Source: Chitinophagaceae bacterium (lineage in GTDB: Bacteria > Bacteroidota > Bacteroidia > Chitinophagales > Chitinophagaceae). Taken from it: a DNA stretch of 41,495 nt. This document shows positions 19,478 through 27,585 of the stretch, one piece after another. The notes below the pieces were generated by a model. That model saw nothing but the letters and a program-made list of their open reading frames with translations. It ran no database searches and was not told the origin of the DNA. The DNA lies in the NCBI GenBank assembly GCA_021738605.1, contig JAIPBY010000001.1, forward strand, positions 1 through 41,495. Direction: 5' to 3'. The number at the start of each line of letters is the position of its first letter. Position 1 is the stretch's first letter. The position numbers and the translations under genes were made by a program.

Positions 19478-19708
19478 ATGGCCATCATTAAAGTCATAGA
19501 GATTTTGAGCAACTCCGAAAAAAGTTGGGAGGATGCTGCACAAAAAGCTATCCTGGAAGCTTCAAAAACCATTAAGAACCTTAGATCAATCTATATCAAA
19601 GATCATAGTGCAACCATTGATAAAAACAACAAAATCGAAGAATACAGGATCACAGCAAACCTGAGTTTTGAAATAGAAGGCCCTCAAAAATCTGTTTCCA
19701 AAAAATAA
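19478..19708 (+). CDS. Dodecin family protein
   Basis: IKVIEILSNSEKSWEDAAQKAILEASKTIKNL...EYRITANLSFEI. Confidence 0.9.
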   Translation: MAIIKVIEILSNSEKSWEDAAQKAILEASKTIKNLRSIYIKDHSATIDKNNKIEEYRITANLSFEIEGPQKSVSKK

Positions 19709-19710
19709 AC

Positions 19711-20730
19711 ATGGACATTAAAAACAATATCCTGGAAACAATTGGGAATACCCCATTGATAAGAATCAACAAAATTACCCAGGCCCTTCCTTGCCAGGTC
19801 TTGGCCAAGGTTGACTATTTCAATCCAGGAAATTCTATCAAAGACCGGATGGCTCTCAAAATGATTGAAGTGGCAGAGCGGGAAGGAAAATTAAAACCCG
19901 GTGGCACCATCATTGAATGTACATCGGGAAATACAGGAATGGGTCTTGCATTGGCGGCTATTGTAAAGGGATATAAATGCATTTTTACCACTACAGACAA
20001 ACAGTCCAAGGAAAAAGTGGACATCCTGCGTGCAGTGGGAGCGGAAGTGATCGTTTGCCCCACCAATGTTGCACCAGAAGATCCCAGGAGTTACTACGCG
20101 ATTGCACAAAGATTGGCCAAAGAGATTCCCAATGCATTTCATGCCAACCAATATGACAACCTCGCCAATCGATTGGCACATTATGAATCAACAGGGCCTG
20201 AGCTCTGGGAACAAACAGATGGGAAAATCACCCATCTTGTTTCTACAGCAGGTACTGGTGGAACCATCACAGGAACTGCCATGTTCCTGAAACAAAAAAA
20301 TCCCAACATCAAAATATGGGCCATCGATGCCTGTGGGTCTTTACTGACCCATTACTATAAAACCGGATCGATTGACATGACCAAAGTTCACCCTTATGTG
20401 TCTGAAGGTTTTGGAGAAGACTTTGTGCCTGAAAACTTTGACATGTCCTTGATTGACCATTTTGAACAGGTAACAGACAAGGATGGCGCCATCATGGCAA
20501 GAAGGATTTCAAGGGAAGAAGGAATTTTTTGTGGATACAGCGCTGGCAGCTGTTTGCAAGGATTGATGCAACTTAAAGATGAATTGAAAAAAGATGATAT
20601 GGTGGTTTGTATTTTTCATGACCACGGCAGCAGGTACCTTGGTAAAATTTACAACGACCAATGGATGATTGATCAGGGATTTATGCAAGAAGCAATCAAT
20701 ATTGCCCCTGAACTCAAAAAAGTATCGTAG
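19711..20730 (+). CDS. PLP-dependent cystathionine beta-synthase / cysteine synthase family (no CBS domains)
   Basis: IGNTPL, FNPGNSIKDR (PLP Lys), TSGNTG, GTGGTITG, DHGSRYLGKIYND. Confidence 0.9.
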   Translation: MDIKNNILETIGNTPLIRINKITQALPCQVLAKVDYFNPGNSIKDRMALKMIEVAEREGKLKPGGTIIECTSGNTGMGLALAAIVKGYKCIFTTTDKQSKEKVDILRAVGAEVIVCPTNVAPEDPRSYYAIAQRLAKEIPNAFHANQYDNLANRLAHYESTGPELWEQTDGKITHLVSTAGTGGTITGTAMFLKQKNPNIKIWAIDACGSLLTHYYKTGSIDMTKVHPYVSEGFGEDFVPENFDMSLIDHFEQVTDKDGAIMARRISREEGIFCGYSAGSCLQGLMQLKDELKKDDMVVCIFHDHGSRYLGKIYNDQWMIDQGFMQEAINIAPELKKVS

Positions 20731-20778
20731 ATCTACGATACTTTACTCACGTAGATTAACAGGATTGGGAGTAATTAC
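20719..20778. promoter_or_regulatory. Perfect 26-bp palindrome plus secondary boxes; putative transcription-factor sites
   Basis: AAAGTATCGTAGATCTACGATACTTT (20719-20744), CGTAGATTAACA (20750-20761), GTAATTAC (20771-20778). Confidence 0.55.
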
Positions 20779-20841
20779 TGAACACCAATAAAAGGGTTGT
20801 TTTGCTCTTGTGTAAAGACATGAGGCAAGGTATCTTTGTAT

Positions 20842-21063
20842 TGTTGATCGAAAGAGCAACATATCCAGAAAAACCAAACCAAATCCAATTTCCAAAGAAA
20901 AAACCTCCAATTCCTAAAACCAAACAAATCCAATTTTCCTACACAAAAACCAAACTATCCAACTGAACGAAAGCCGCATCCAACATCCGAAAAACCAAAA
21001 ACCACCCATTTAACCATCAAAAAGGCTTAAGACATAAAAACCCGGTGTTCTCACCGGGTTTTT
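20842..21063 (+). ncRNA. Candidate A/C-rich repeat non-coding RNA (~220 nt)
   Basis: TATCTTTG box at 20831-20838 with TTG at 20808-20810; 5' GAAA-tetraloop hairpin; imperfect AAAACCAAAC..ATCCAA repeats; no ATG seen; terminator at the end. Confidence 0.6.
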
Positions 21064-21064
21064 A
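21035..21064. terminator. Bidirectional intrinsic terminator (his operon / candidate ncRNA)
   Basis: TAAAAACCCGGTG-TTCT-CACCGGGTTTTTA. Confidence 0.92.
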
Positions 21065-21071
21065 TATTGTA

Positions 21072-22211
21072 TCAAAGCATTCCTTTTGTTGTGGGAAGCG
21101 CATCGTGCATCGGATCTTTTTTCACAGCCATCCGAATGGCTTTAGCAAAAGCCTTGAAGATCGCCTCAATCTTGTGGTGTTCATTATCGCCCTGGCAAAA
21201 AACATTGAGGTTGCATTTGGCGGCATCTGAAAATGACTTGAAGAAATGATAGAACATTTCTGTTGGCATATCCCCTACTTTTTCCCGGCTGAAACTTGCA
21301 TCCCAAACAATCCAGCTCCTTCCCCCAAAATCAATCAACACCTTTGCCTCTGCATCATCCATGGGCAAAGCAAAGCCATACCTTTCCATTCCCCGCTTGT
21401 CGCTCAACCCTTTGTAGATGGCTTCTCCGAGGGCAATGCCTGTATCTTCTATGGTATGATGCTCATCAATATGCAGATCACCTTTTACCGCTATGTCAAG
21501 ATCCATCTTACCATGCCTTGCAATCTGATCAAGCATGTGATCAAAAAAACCCAGGCCAGTGGCAATCGTTGATTTGCCTGTACCATCTATGTTGAGCTTG
21601 ATGTCGATGCGCGTTTCGTTTGTTTCACGTACATGATGAACCGTTCTCAGGCCATGTTTTAAAAACTTGTATACTTCCATCCAATCACCTGTGACCAATG
21701 CAACTGTATTTTTCAAACCCTCCTCCAGACTGTCAAGATCAACAATACCTGCACCATCCTCACTGGTCATGAGAATGCATTTGGATCCCAGGTTGAACGC
21801 CAACTGAATATCTGTCAACCGATCACCAATCACAAATGAACCCGGAAGATCATAAGCAGGATTGTTAATGTATTTCCCCAACATTCCAAGACCCGGCTTT
21901 CTTGAAGGTGAGTTTTCATGTGGCATGCTGGGGTCAATAAACTCCTCATCAAAATGAATGCCTTCGCCTGCAAAGGTTTTTACAATATGATCATGCACAG
22001 GCTGAAAATCTGTTTTAGGAAAGGATGCAGTTCCCAAGCCATCCTGGTTGGACACCATCGCCATTTCAAAATCAAACTCCTTTACAATTCTGGAGAGGGA
22101 TTGAAAAACCGCTGGAAAAAAAACAAGTTTCTCAAAATGATCAATCTGATATGTTGGTGGCGCTTCCTTGATCAAGGTGCCATCCCTGTCGATGAACAAT
22201 ACTTTTTTCAT
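21072..22211 (-). CDS. hisB: Bifunctional histidinol-phosphatase / imidazoleglycerol-phosphate dehydratase
   Basis: FIDRDGTL HAD motif, SNQDGLG; GFFDHML, DEHHTIED, NEHHKIEA. Confidence 0.96.
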   Translation of the reverse strand: MKKVLFIDRDGTLIKEAPPTYQIDHFEKLVFFPAVFQSLSRIVKEFDFEMAMVSNQDGLGTASFPKTDFQPVHDHIVKTFAGEGIHFDEEFIDPSMPHENSPSRKPGLGMLGKYINNPAYDLPGSFVIGDRLTDIQLAFNLGSKCILMTSEDGAGIVDLDSLEEGLKNTVALVTGDWMEVYKFLKHGLRTVHHVRETNETRIDIKLNIDGTGKSTIATGLGFFDHMLDQIARHGKMDLDIAVKGDLHIDEHHTIEDTGIALGEAIYKGLSDKRGMERYGFALPMDDAEAKVLIDFGGRSWIVWDASFSREKVGDMPTEMFYHFFKSFSDAAKCNLNVFCQGDNEHHKIEAIFKAFAKAIRMAVKKDPMHDALPTTKGML

Positions 22212-22230
22212 TTATTTGAGTTGTGATAAA

Positions 22231-23277
22231 TTATTGGAATGAATTGATGGCTTCCACCAATTTCAGGTTTTCGGCGTCGGTTCCCACCGTGATGCGTAAA
22301 CAATTATCGCAAAGCAAAACATTGCTGCGGTCACGCACCACAATCCCCTTGCCCACAAGGTAATCATACATGCCCCTGGCTTGGGTAAATTCAACAAGTA
22401 AAAAATTGGCATCCGAGGGAAATATTTTGACCACCTGAGGGCTCATGACGAAATCTTGTTCAAGTTGTTTTCTTGCTTCCACCAACTGCAAAATCATGTC
22501 GTTGACCTGGCCAATTTCATCCAGTGCCTTCAAGGCCAGTTCCTGAACAGGTTCGCTGATGTTATAAGGAGGCTTTACCTTGTTGAGGTAGCCAACAATT
22601 TCAGCTGAGGCAAATGCCATGCCCACCCTCAATCCAGCCAGGCCCCATGCCTTGCTGAGTGTTTGCAATACCACCAGATTGGGATAATCAGCCAGATCAG
22701 TTACCAATGATTTTTGACGGGAGAAATTGATGTACGCTTCATCCACCACAACCAAGCCATCAAAATTATTCAAAACCATTTCAATGTCTTGACGGTCAAT
22801 GCTGTTCCCTGAAGGATTGTTAGGAGAACAGATCCAAATGATTTTTGTATTGGGTTTAATGGCAGATTCAAGTGCTTCAAGATCAAGTTGGAATTCAGAG
22901 GTCAGCGGCACCCGGTTGCAGGAGATGTTGTTGATGTTGGCAGAAACTTCATACATGCCATAGGTTGGAGGAAACAGAATTACTTCATCAACACCTGGTT
23001 CGCAAAAACAACGAAACAACAAATCAATGGGCTCATCACTTCCATTACCCAAAAATATCTGATCCACAGGGACCTGCTTGATAACAGATAATTTCTCTTT
23101 TATTTTCCACTGCATCGGATCAGGATAACGGTTGTACCATTTGAGCAATGGAGAACCCAATGAGTTTTCATTGGCATCCAAAAATATGTTGGCCTCACCC
23201 TTGAACTCATCCCTTGCAGATGAATATGGTTTAAGGTTCCTGATGTTGTTTCTTACAAGATTATGAGGATTGAACAT
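22231..23277 (-). CDS. hisC: Histidinol-phosphate aminotransferase
   Basis: LDANEN, GNGSDE, CSPNNPSG, DEAY, TLSKAWGLAGLRVG. Confidence 0.96.
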   Translation of the reverse strand: MFNPHNLVRNNIRNLKPYSSARDEFKGEANIFLDANENSLGSPLLKWYNRYPDPMQWKIKEKLSVIKQVPVDQIFLGNGSDEPIDLLFRCFCEPGVDEVILFPPTYGMYEVSANINNISCNRVPLTSEFQLDLEALESAIKPNTKIIWICSPNNPSGNSIDRQDIEMVLNNFDGLVVVDEAYINFSRQKSLVTDLADYPNLVVLQTLSKAWGLAGLRVGMAFASAEIVGYLNKVKPPYNISEPVQELALKALDEIGQVNDMILQLVEARKQLEQDFVMSPQVVKIFPSDANFLLVEFTQARGMYDYLVGKGIVVRDRSNVLLCDNCLRITVGTDAENLKLVEAINSFQ

Positions 23278-24557
23278 TACAACTGGTTTAAACGGATTTT
23301 AACTGCATTGGCATGTGCATCCAGCCCTTCAGCTTCAGCCATGGAGATGATGGTTTTCCCAATGTTTTGTATACCCTGTTTGCTGATTTGCTGGAAGGTG
23401 ATCTTCTTCACAAAACTATCAACACTCACCCCGCTATAAGCCCTTGCATACCCATTGGTAGGCAGTGTATGGTTGGTTCCACTGGCATAATCCCCGGCAC
23501 TCTCCGGAGTATAGTTTCCTAAAAATACAGAACCTGCATTGATGACCAGTGCTCCATAACGGGGAGCTTCTTCTGATGCAATGATCAGGTGTTCAGCAGC
23601 ATATTCATTGACCAGTTCCATGGCATCATCCATGTCTTTCATCAGAACAGCCTTGCTGTTTTCAAGTGCCCTAGCAGCAATCTCCTTTCTTTCCAACAGA
23701 CCAAGTTGTGCATGCAAAGACTTGATTGTTTTTTCAATGATGGATTCATCATTGGCAACCAACAATACCTGAGAATCCGGTCCATGTTCTGCCTGAGACA
23801 ACAGATCAGCCGCAACAAAATCAGGATTTGCTGTATCATCAGCTAAAACACAAACCTCACTGGGGCCTGCAGGCATATCAATGGCAATACCATCCATTTG
23901 CACAAATTGTTTTGCAGCCGTCACATATTGATTGCCTGGCCCAAATATCTTATCCACTTTTTTGATAGAACCAGTGCCGTATGCCATTGCTGCAATGGCC
24001 TGCGCTCCGCCACAGCGGTATATTTCAGTAACACCCACTTTTTGTGCTGCATAGAGAATTGCCGGATGGATGGATCCATCCTTTGATGGTGGCGTGCACA
24101 ACACAACTTCACTGCATCCCGCAATCTGAGCAGGAATGCCAAGCATCAATACTGTAGAGAACAAGGGGGCAGAACCACCAGGAATATAGATCCCTACCCT
24201 TTTCATGGGGGTGGGTCTCCGCCAACATTCCACCCCTTCCATTGTTTCTATTTTTTTTATTTCCTCCACCTGAACACTGTGAAACCGCTTGATGTTCTCA
24301 ATGGCAACAATGATGGCGGATTTCAAAGATTCCGAAACATTTTTTTCAGCAGCGGCTATTTCTTTTGGACCAACTGATAACTTTTTCAGGTCAACACCAT
24401 CAAACTTCTTGGAATACCGTTTGAGCGACCTGTCTCCATTTTTTTTGACATCAGCAATGATCTTCCCCACCTGCTTCCGAAGCATGCCATTTTCAATGGC
24501 AGGCCTTTCTGTAATGCCTGCCCAGTCTTCTTTTGATGGATAACGTATAATTTGCAT
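23277..24557 (-). CDS. hisD: Histidinol dehydrogenase
   Basis: GIYIPGG, GGAQAIAA, IDMPAGPSE, DLLSQAEH, GDYASGTNHTLPT. Confidence 0.97.
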   Translation of the reverse strand: MQIIRYPSKEDWAGITERPAIENGMLRKQVGKIIADVKKNGDRSLKRYSKKFDGVDLKKLSVGPKEIAAAEKNVSESLKSAIIVAIENIKRFHSVQVEEIKKIETMEGVECWRRPTPMKRVGIYIPGGSAPLFSTVLMLGIPAQIAGCSEVVLCTPPSKDGSIHPAILYAAQKVGVTEIYRCGGAQAIAAMAYGTGSIKKVDKIFGPGNQYVTAAKQFVQMDGIAIDMPAGPSEVCVLADDTANPDFVAADLLSQAEHGPDSQVLLVANDESIIEKTIKSLHAQLGLLERKEIAARALENSKAVLMKDMDDAMELVNEYAAEHLIIASEEAPRYGALVINAGSVFLGNYTPESAGDYASGTNHTLPTNGYARAYSGVSVDSFVKKITFQQISKQGIQNIGKTIISMAEAEGLDAHANAVKIRLNQL

Positions 24558-24565
24558 GGTAAAAT

Positions 24566-25432
24566 TTAAAGAATCATTTTTTCAATAGGCACCACCAAAA
24601 TTCCCTCTGCACCGGCGGCTTTCAACTTCTCAATAATCTCCCAGAACTTGTCTTCACTCAATACACTGTGCACACTGCTCCATCCTTCTTTGGCAAGCGG
24701 AAGTATGGTTGGGCTTCTCATCCCAGGCAGAAGAGAGATGATGTTGTCCAACTGGTCATTGGGCGCATTCATCAATACATACTTGCTTTTTTTTGCTTTT
24801 TTCACTGCCCTGATCCTGAACAAAAGCTTGTCGAGTATGGCTATTTTTTCTTCATCCAGGTTTTTCCTGGCCACAAGTACCGCTTGAGATTCAAGAATAA
24901 TCTCCGCCTCCTTCAAACCATTCATGAACAAGGTTCCTCCACTGCTGACCAAATCAACAATCACATCAGAAAGTCCAATGCCGGGAGCAATTTCAACCGA
25001 GCCGCTGATTTCATGAATACTTGCTGTCACCTTTTTTTCTGCAAGGAATGATTTCACAAGGTGTGGGTAGCTCGTAGCAATTCTCTTGCCTTCAAGCGAA
25101 GCAACACCTTCATATACCAGCGCTTTGGGAACAGCAAGAGAAAGACGGCACTTGCCAAAACCAAGTGCTTCAACCGTATCAACCTTCCTGTCTTTTTCAG
25201 CCAAGACGTTTTGCCCTACGATGCCAATATCTGCTACACCGTCTTCTACATATTCGGGAATATCATCATCCCGCAGGAAAAACACTTCAATTGGAAAATT
25301 TTCAGAAACAGTTCTTAACCTGTCCTTTACATTCCTGAGTTCAATTCCGCATTCTTTCAAAAGCTGAACTGAGTCTTCATACAACCTGCCAGACTTCTGA
25401 ATGGCAATCCTTAATACTGTTTCATTACCCAT
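24566..25432 (-). CDS. hisG: ATP phosphoribosyltransferase (long form)
   Basis: LRIAIQKSGRL, RDDDIP, RIATSYP, GSVEIAP, DLVSSGGTL and the C-terminal regulatory domain. Confidence 0.97.
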   Translation of the reverse strand: MGNETVLRIAIQKSGRLYEDSVQLLKECGIELRNVKDRLRTVSENFPIEVFFLRDDDIPEYVEDGVADIGIVGQNVLAEKDRKVDTVEALGFGKCRLSLAVPKALVYEGVASLEGKRIATSYPHLVKSFLAEKKVTASIHEISGSVEIAPGIGLSDVIVDLVSSGGTLFMNGLKEAEIILESQAVLVARKNLDEEKIAILDKLLFRIRAVKKAKKSKYVLMNAPNDQLDNIISLLPGMRSPTILPLAKEGWSSVHSVLSEDKFWEIIEKLKAAGAEGILVVPIEKMIL

Positions 25433-25450
25433 GCTATCCTGTTTAAAAAT

Positions 25451-25476
25451 AAAAAAAGGCTTACCAATGGCAAGCC
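25451..25476 (-). terminator. his attenuator terminator
   Basis: Minus strand GGCTTGCC-ATT-GGTAAGCC-TTTTTTT upstream of hisG. Confidence 0.85.
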
Positions 25477-25508
25477 CGAATTATGTATACACCAATACCA
25501 GGCTTACC

Positions 25509-25553
25509 CTAAGGCAAGTTATGATGATGGTGGATATGACCGTTTGCTAACAT
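25509..25553 (-). CDS. hisL: his operon leader peptide MLANGHIHHHHNLP
   Basis: 14-codon ORF with 5 His codons (4 consecutive), 4 nt after a TATTTTTG box (25558-25565) and upstream of the attenuator. Confidence 0.88.
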   Translation of the reverse strand: MLANGHIHHHHNLP

Positions 25554-25642
25554 GTTGCAAAAATAGCTCCCAAAAACATTATCGCCAAAAATCAATGTGT
25601 TTTTATAAAATGGCATTAATTTCGGAGAAATAACCACTGTTT

Positions 25643-27583
25643 ATGAGGAAAATTCATCTTGCTGCTTCATTGGCCGTATTTTTCTGCCTGTTTATTGCTG
25701 AAAATGCTCTTTTTGCACAAGCCGACAGGTGGCAGCAAAAAGTCAATTACAAGATGGATGTGAAAGTTGATGCTGAAAACAACAGGTTTTCAGGCATGCA
25801 ACGCCTCGACTATTGGAACAACTCTCCAGATACATTAAAAGTGCTTTATTATCACCTTCAATGGAATGCTTTTCAACCCGGCAGCATGATGGACATGCGC
25901 AGCCAAGAATTGGGAAAGAAACTGATCAGGGGCCGTGCAGACTGGGACCAACGCGTTAGAGACAGGATTTCAAACCTCAAGCCCAATGAAATTGGATTCC
26001 AGGAGGTCAAAAACCTAAGGGTCAATGGTCAATTGCAAAAAACAACGGCCTATGAAACCATTCTCAAAGTGGAACTAGCCAAACCCATTCTCCCTAAATC
26101 CAAGGCCCTGATTGAGCTTGATTTTGAGGCCCAGGTGCCTGTTCAAATCAGAAGAAGCGGAAGAGACAATGCTGAAGGTGTTCGCTTCAGCATGGCCCAA
26201 TGGTATCCTAAATTGGCAGAATACGACCTGCAGGGATGGCATCCTACACCTTATGTTGCTAGGGAATTCTATGGCATTTGGGGCGATTTTGAAGTCAACA
26301 TCACCATCGATAAAAACTATGTAATTGGCGGAACAGGTTATTTGCAAAACCCCCATGAAATCGGCCATGGGTATGAAAAATATTCGCCCCTGCCATTCAA
26401 ACCGACACAGGGCAATACCCTGACCTGGAAATTCAAGGCCCCCAATGTGCATGATTTTGTTTGGGCAGCAGATCCCGGATATGTACACAATTCAAAACAG
26501 GTAAGAAAAGGACTTGTTCTTCATTCTTTCTATACAATAGACACTGCAGCATTGACGACCCAGTTCAATGCTATGCCAGCCAGAATGAGGCAAGGAACCA
26601 GCCTCAATACGTATATCAACAATTACAAGACTCAGTGGGACAGTGTCCTCGAGCTTGCCTCCAAAGCATTGCCTTTCATTGACAAGCATTACGGTGAGTA
26701 TCCCTACAAACAATATTCATTCATCCAAGGCGGAGACGGTGGCATGGAGTATCCCATGGCCACCTTGCTCAAAGGGGCCGGAGAAGGTGTAGTCATCCAT
26801 GAATGGATGCACAGCTGGTACCAGATGATCCTGGGCACCAATGAATCCCTCTACCCCTGGATGGACGAAGGGTTCACCAGTTTTGCTGAATCGAATGTCC
26901 AAAATTACCTCCATGAAAGCAAGGATTCATTCCCTCATCTTGGTGCATACAATGCCTACATCGCCCTTTCAAAAAGTGATTTCAATGAGCCTTTGACAAC
27001 CCATTCAGACCATTACAGCTCGAACAGCGCATATAGCACCAATGCCTATTCAAAAGGAGAAGTTTTCATGGAGCAACTGGGCTATATAGTGGGCGCTCCA
27101 GTCAGGGACAGTATCCTGTTGAAATATTTTCAAACCTGGAAGTTCAAGCATCCCAATGTAAATGACCTGATTAGGCTGGCTGAAAACGAAAGCGGCATCC
27201 AGCTGGATTGGTACAAAGACTTTTTTGTAAACACCACCAAGACGATTGATTATGGGATTGACAGCCTCTGGGATGAGGGTGGAAAAATGAAAATACGGTT
27301 GAGGAATGCCGGAACCATGCCCATGCCCATTGATATTTCATTGGAGTTCAAGGATGGATCAAGAGAAACGGCTTACATCCCACAGTACCTCATGTTTGGC
27401 AGCAAGCAAAATGAAGAGCCTTCCATCAAACGTACCGTTGGAGAACCCTGGAAATGGACACACCCAACCCATGTGATTTCCATAGACAGGAAACTGCTTG
27501 ATTTAAAAAAGATTGAAATTGACCCTACCAAAAGGATGGCAGACAACGAAAGAAGAAACAACAAATTGGAGCTTACTTGGTAG
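25643..27583 (+). CDS. M1 family zinc metallo-aminopeptidase, secreted
   Basis: Signal peptide; GGMEYP; HEWMH followed by WMDEG (HEXXH-X18-E); AYSKG. Confidence 0.92.
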   Translation: MRKIHLAASLAVFFCLFIAENALFAQADRWQQKVNYKMDVKVDAENNRFSGMQRLDYWNNSPDTLKVLYYHLQWNAFQPGSMMDMRSQELGKKLIRGRADWDQRVRDRISNLKPNEIGFQEVKNLRVNGQLQKTTAYETILKVELAKPILPKSKALIELDFEAQVPVQIRRSGRDNAEGVRFSMAQWYPKLAEYDLQGWHPTPYVAREFYGIWGDFEVNITIDKNYVIGGTGYLQNPHEIGHGYEKYSPLPFKPTQGNTLTWKFKAPNVHDFVWAADPGYVHNSKQVRKGLVLHSFYTIDTAALTTQFNAMPARMRQGTSLNTYINNYKTQWDSVLELASKALPFIDKHYGEYPYKQYSFIQGGDGGMEYPMATLLKGAGEGVVIHEWMHSWYQMILGTNESLYPWMDEGFTSFAESNVQNYLHESKDSFPHLGAYNAYIALSKSDFNEPLTTHSDHYSSNSAYSTNAYSKGEVFMEQLGYIVGAPVRDSILLKYFQTWKFKHPNVNDLIRLAENESGIQLDWYKDFFVNTTKTIDYGIDSLWDEGGKMKIRLRNAGTMPMPIDISLEFKDGSRETAYIPQYLMFGSKQNEEPSIKRTVGEPWKWTHPTHVISIDRKLLDLKKIEIDPTKRMADNERRNNKLELTW

Positions 27584-27585
27584 GC

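Noticed and set aside
20820-20966. 48-codon frame MRQGIFVLLIERATYPEKPNQIQFPKKKPPIPKTKQIQFSYTKTKLSN across the A/C-rich repeats
   Set aside because: Its ATG lies upstream of the promoter box, the repeats are not in a constant frame, and openness is expected in G/T-poor DNA. Not fully excluded.
20861-21020. CsrB/RsmZ-like RNA on the minus strand (about ten GGA motifs), or a CRISPR array
   Set aside because: Promoter, 5' hairpin and terminator point to the plus strand; the GGA motifs are not in evident hairpin loops; there is no constant repeat-spacer period and no cas gene.
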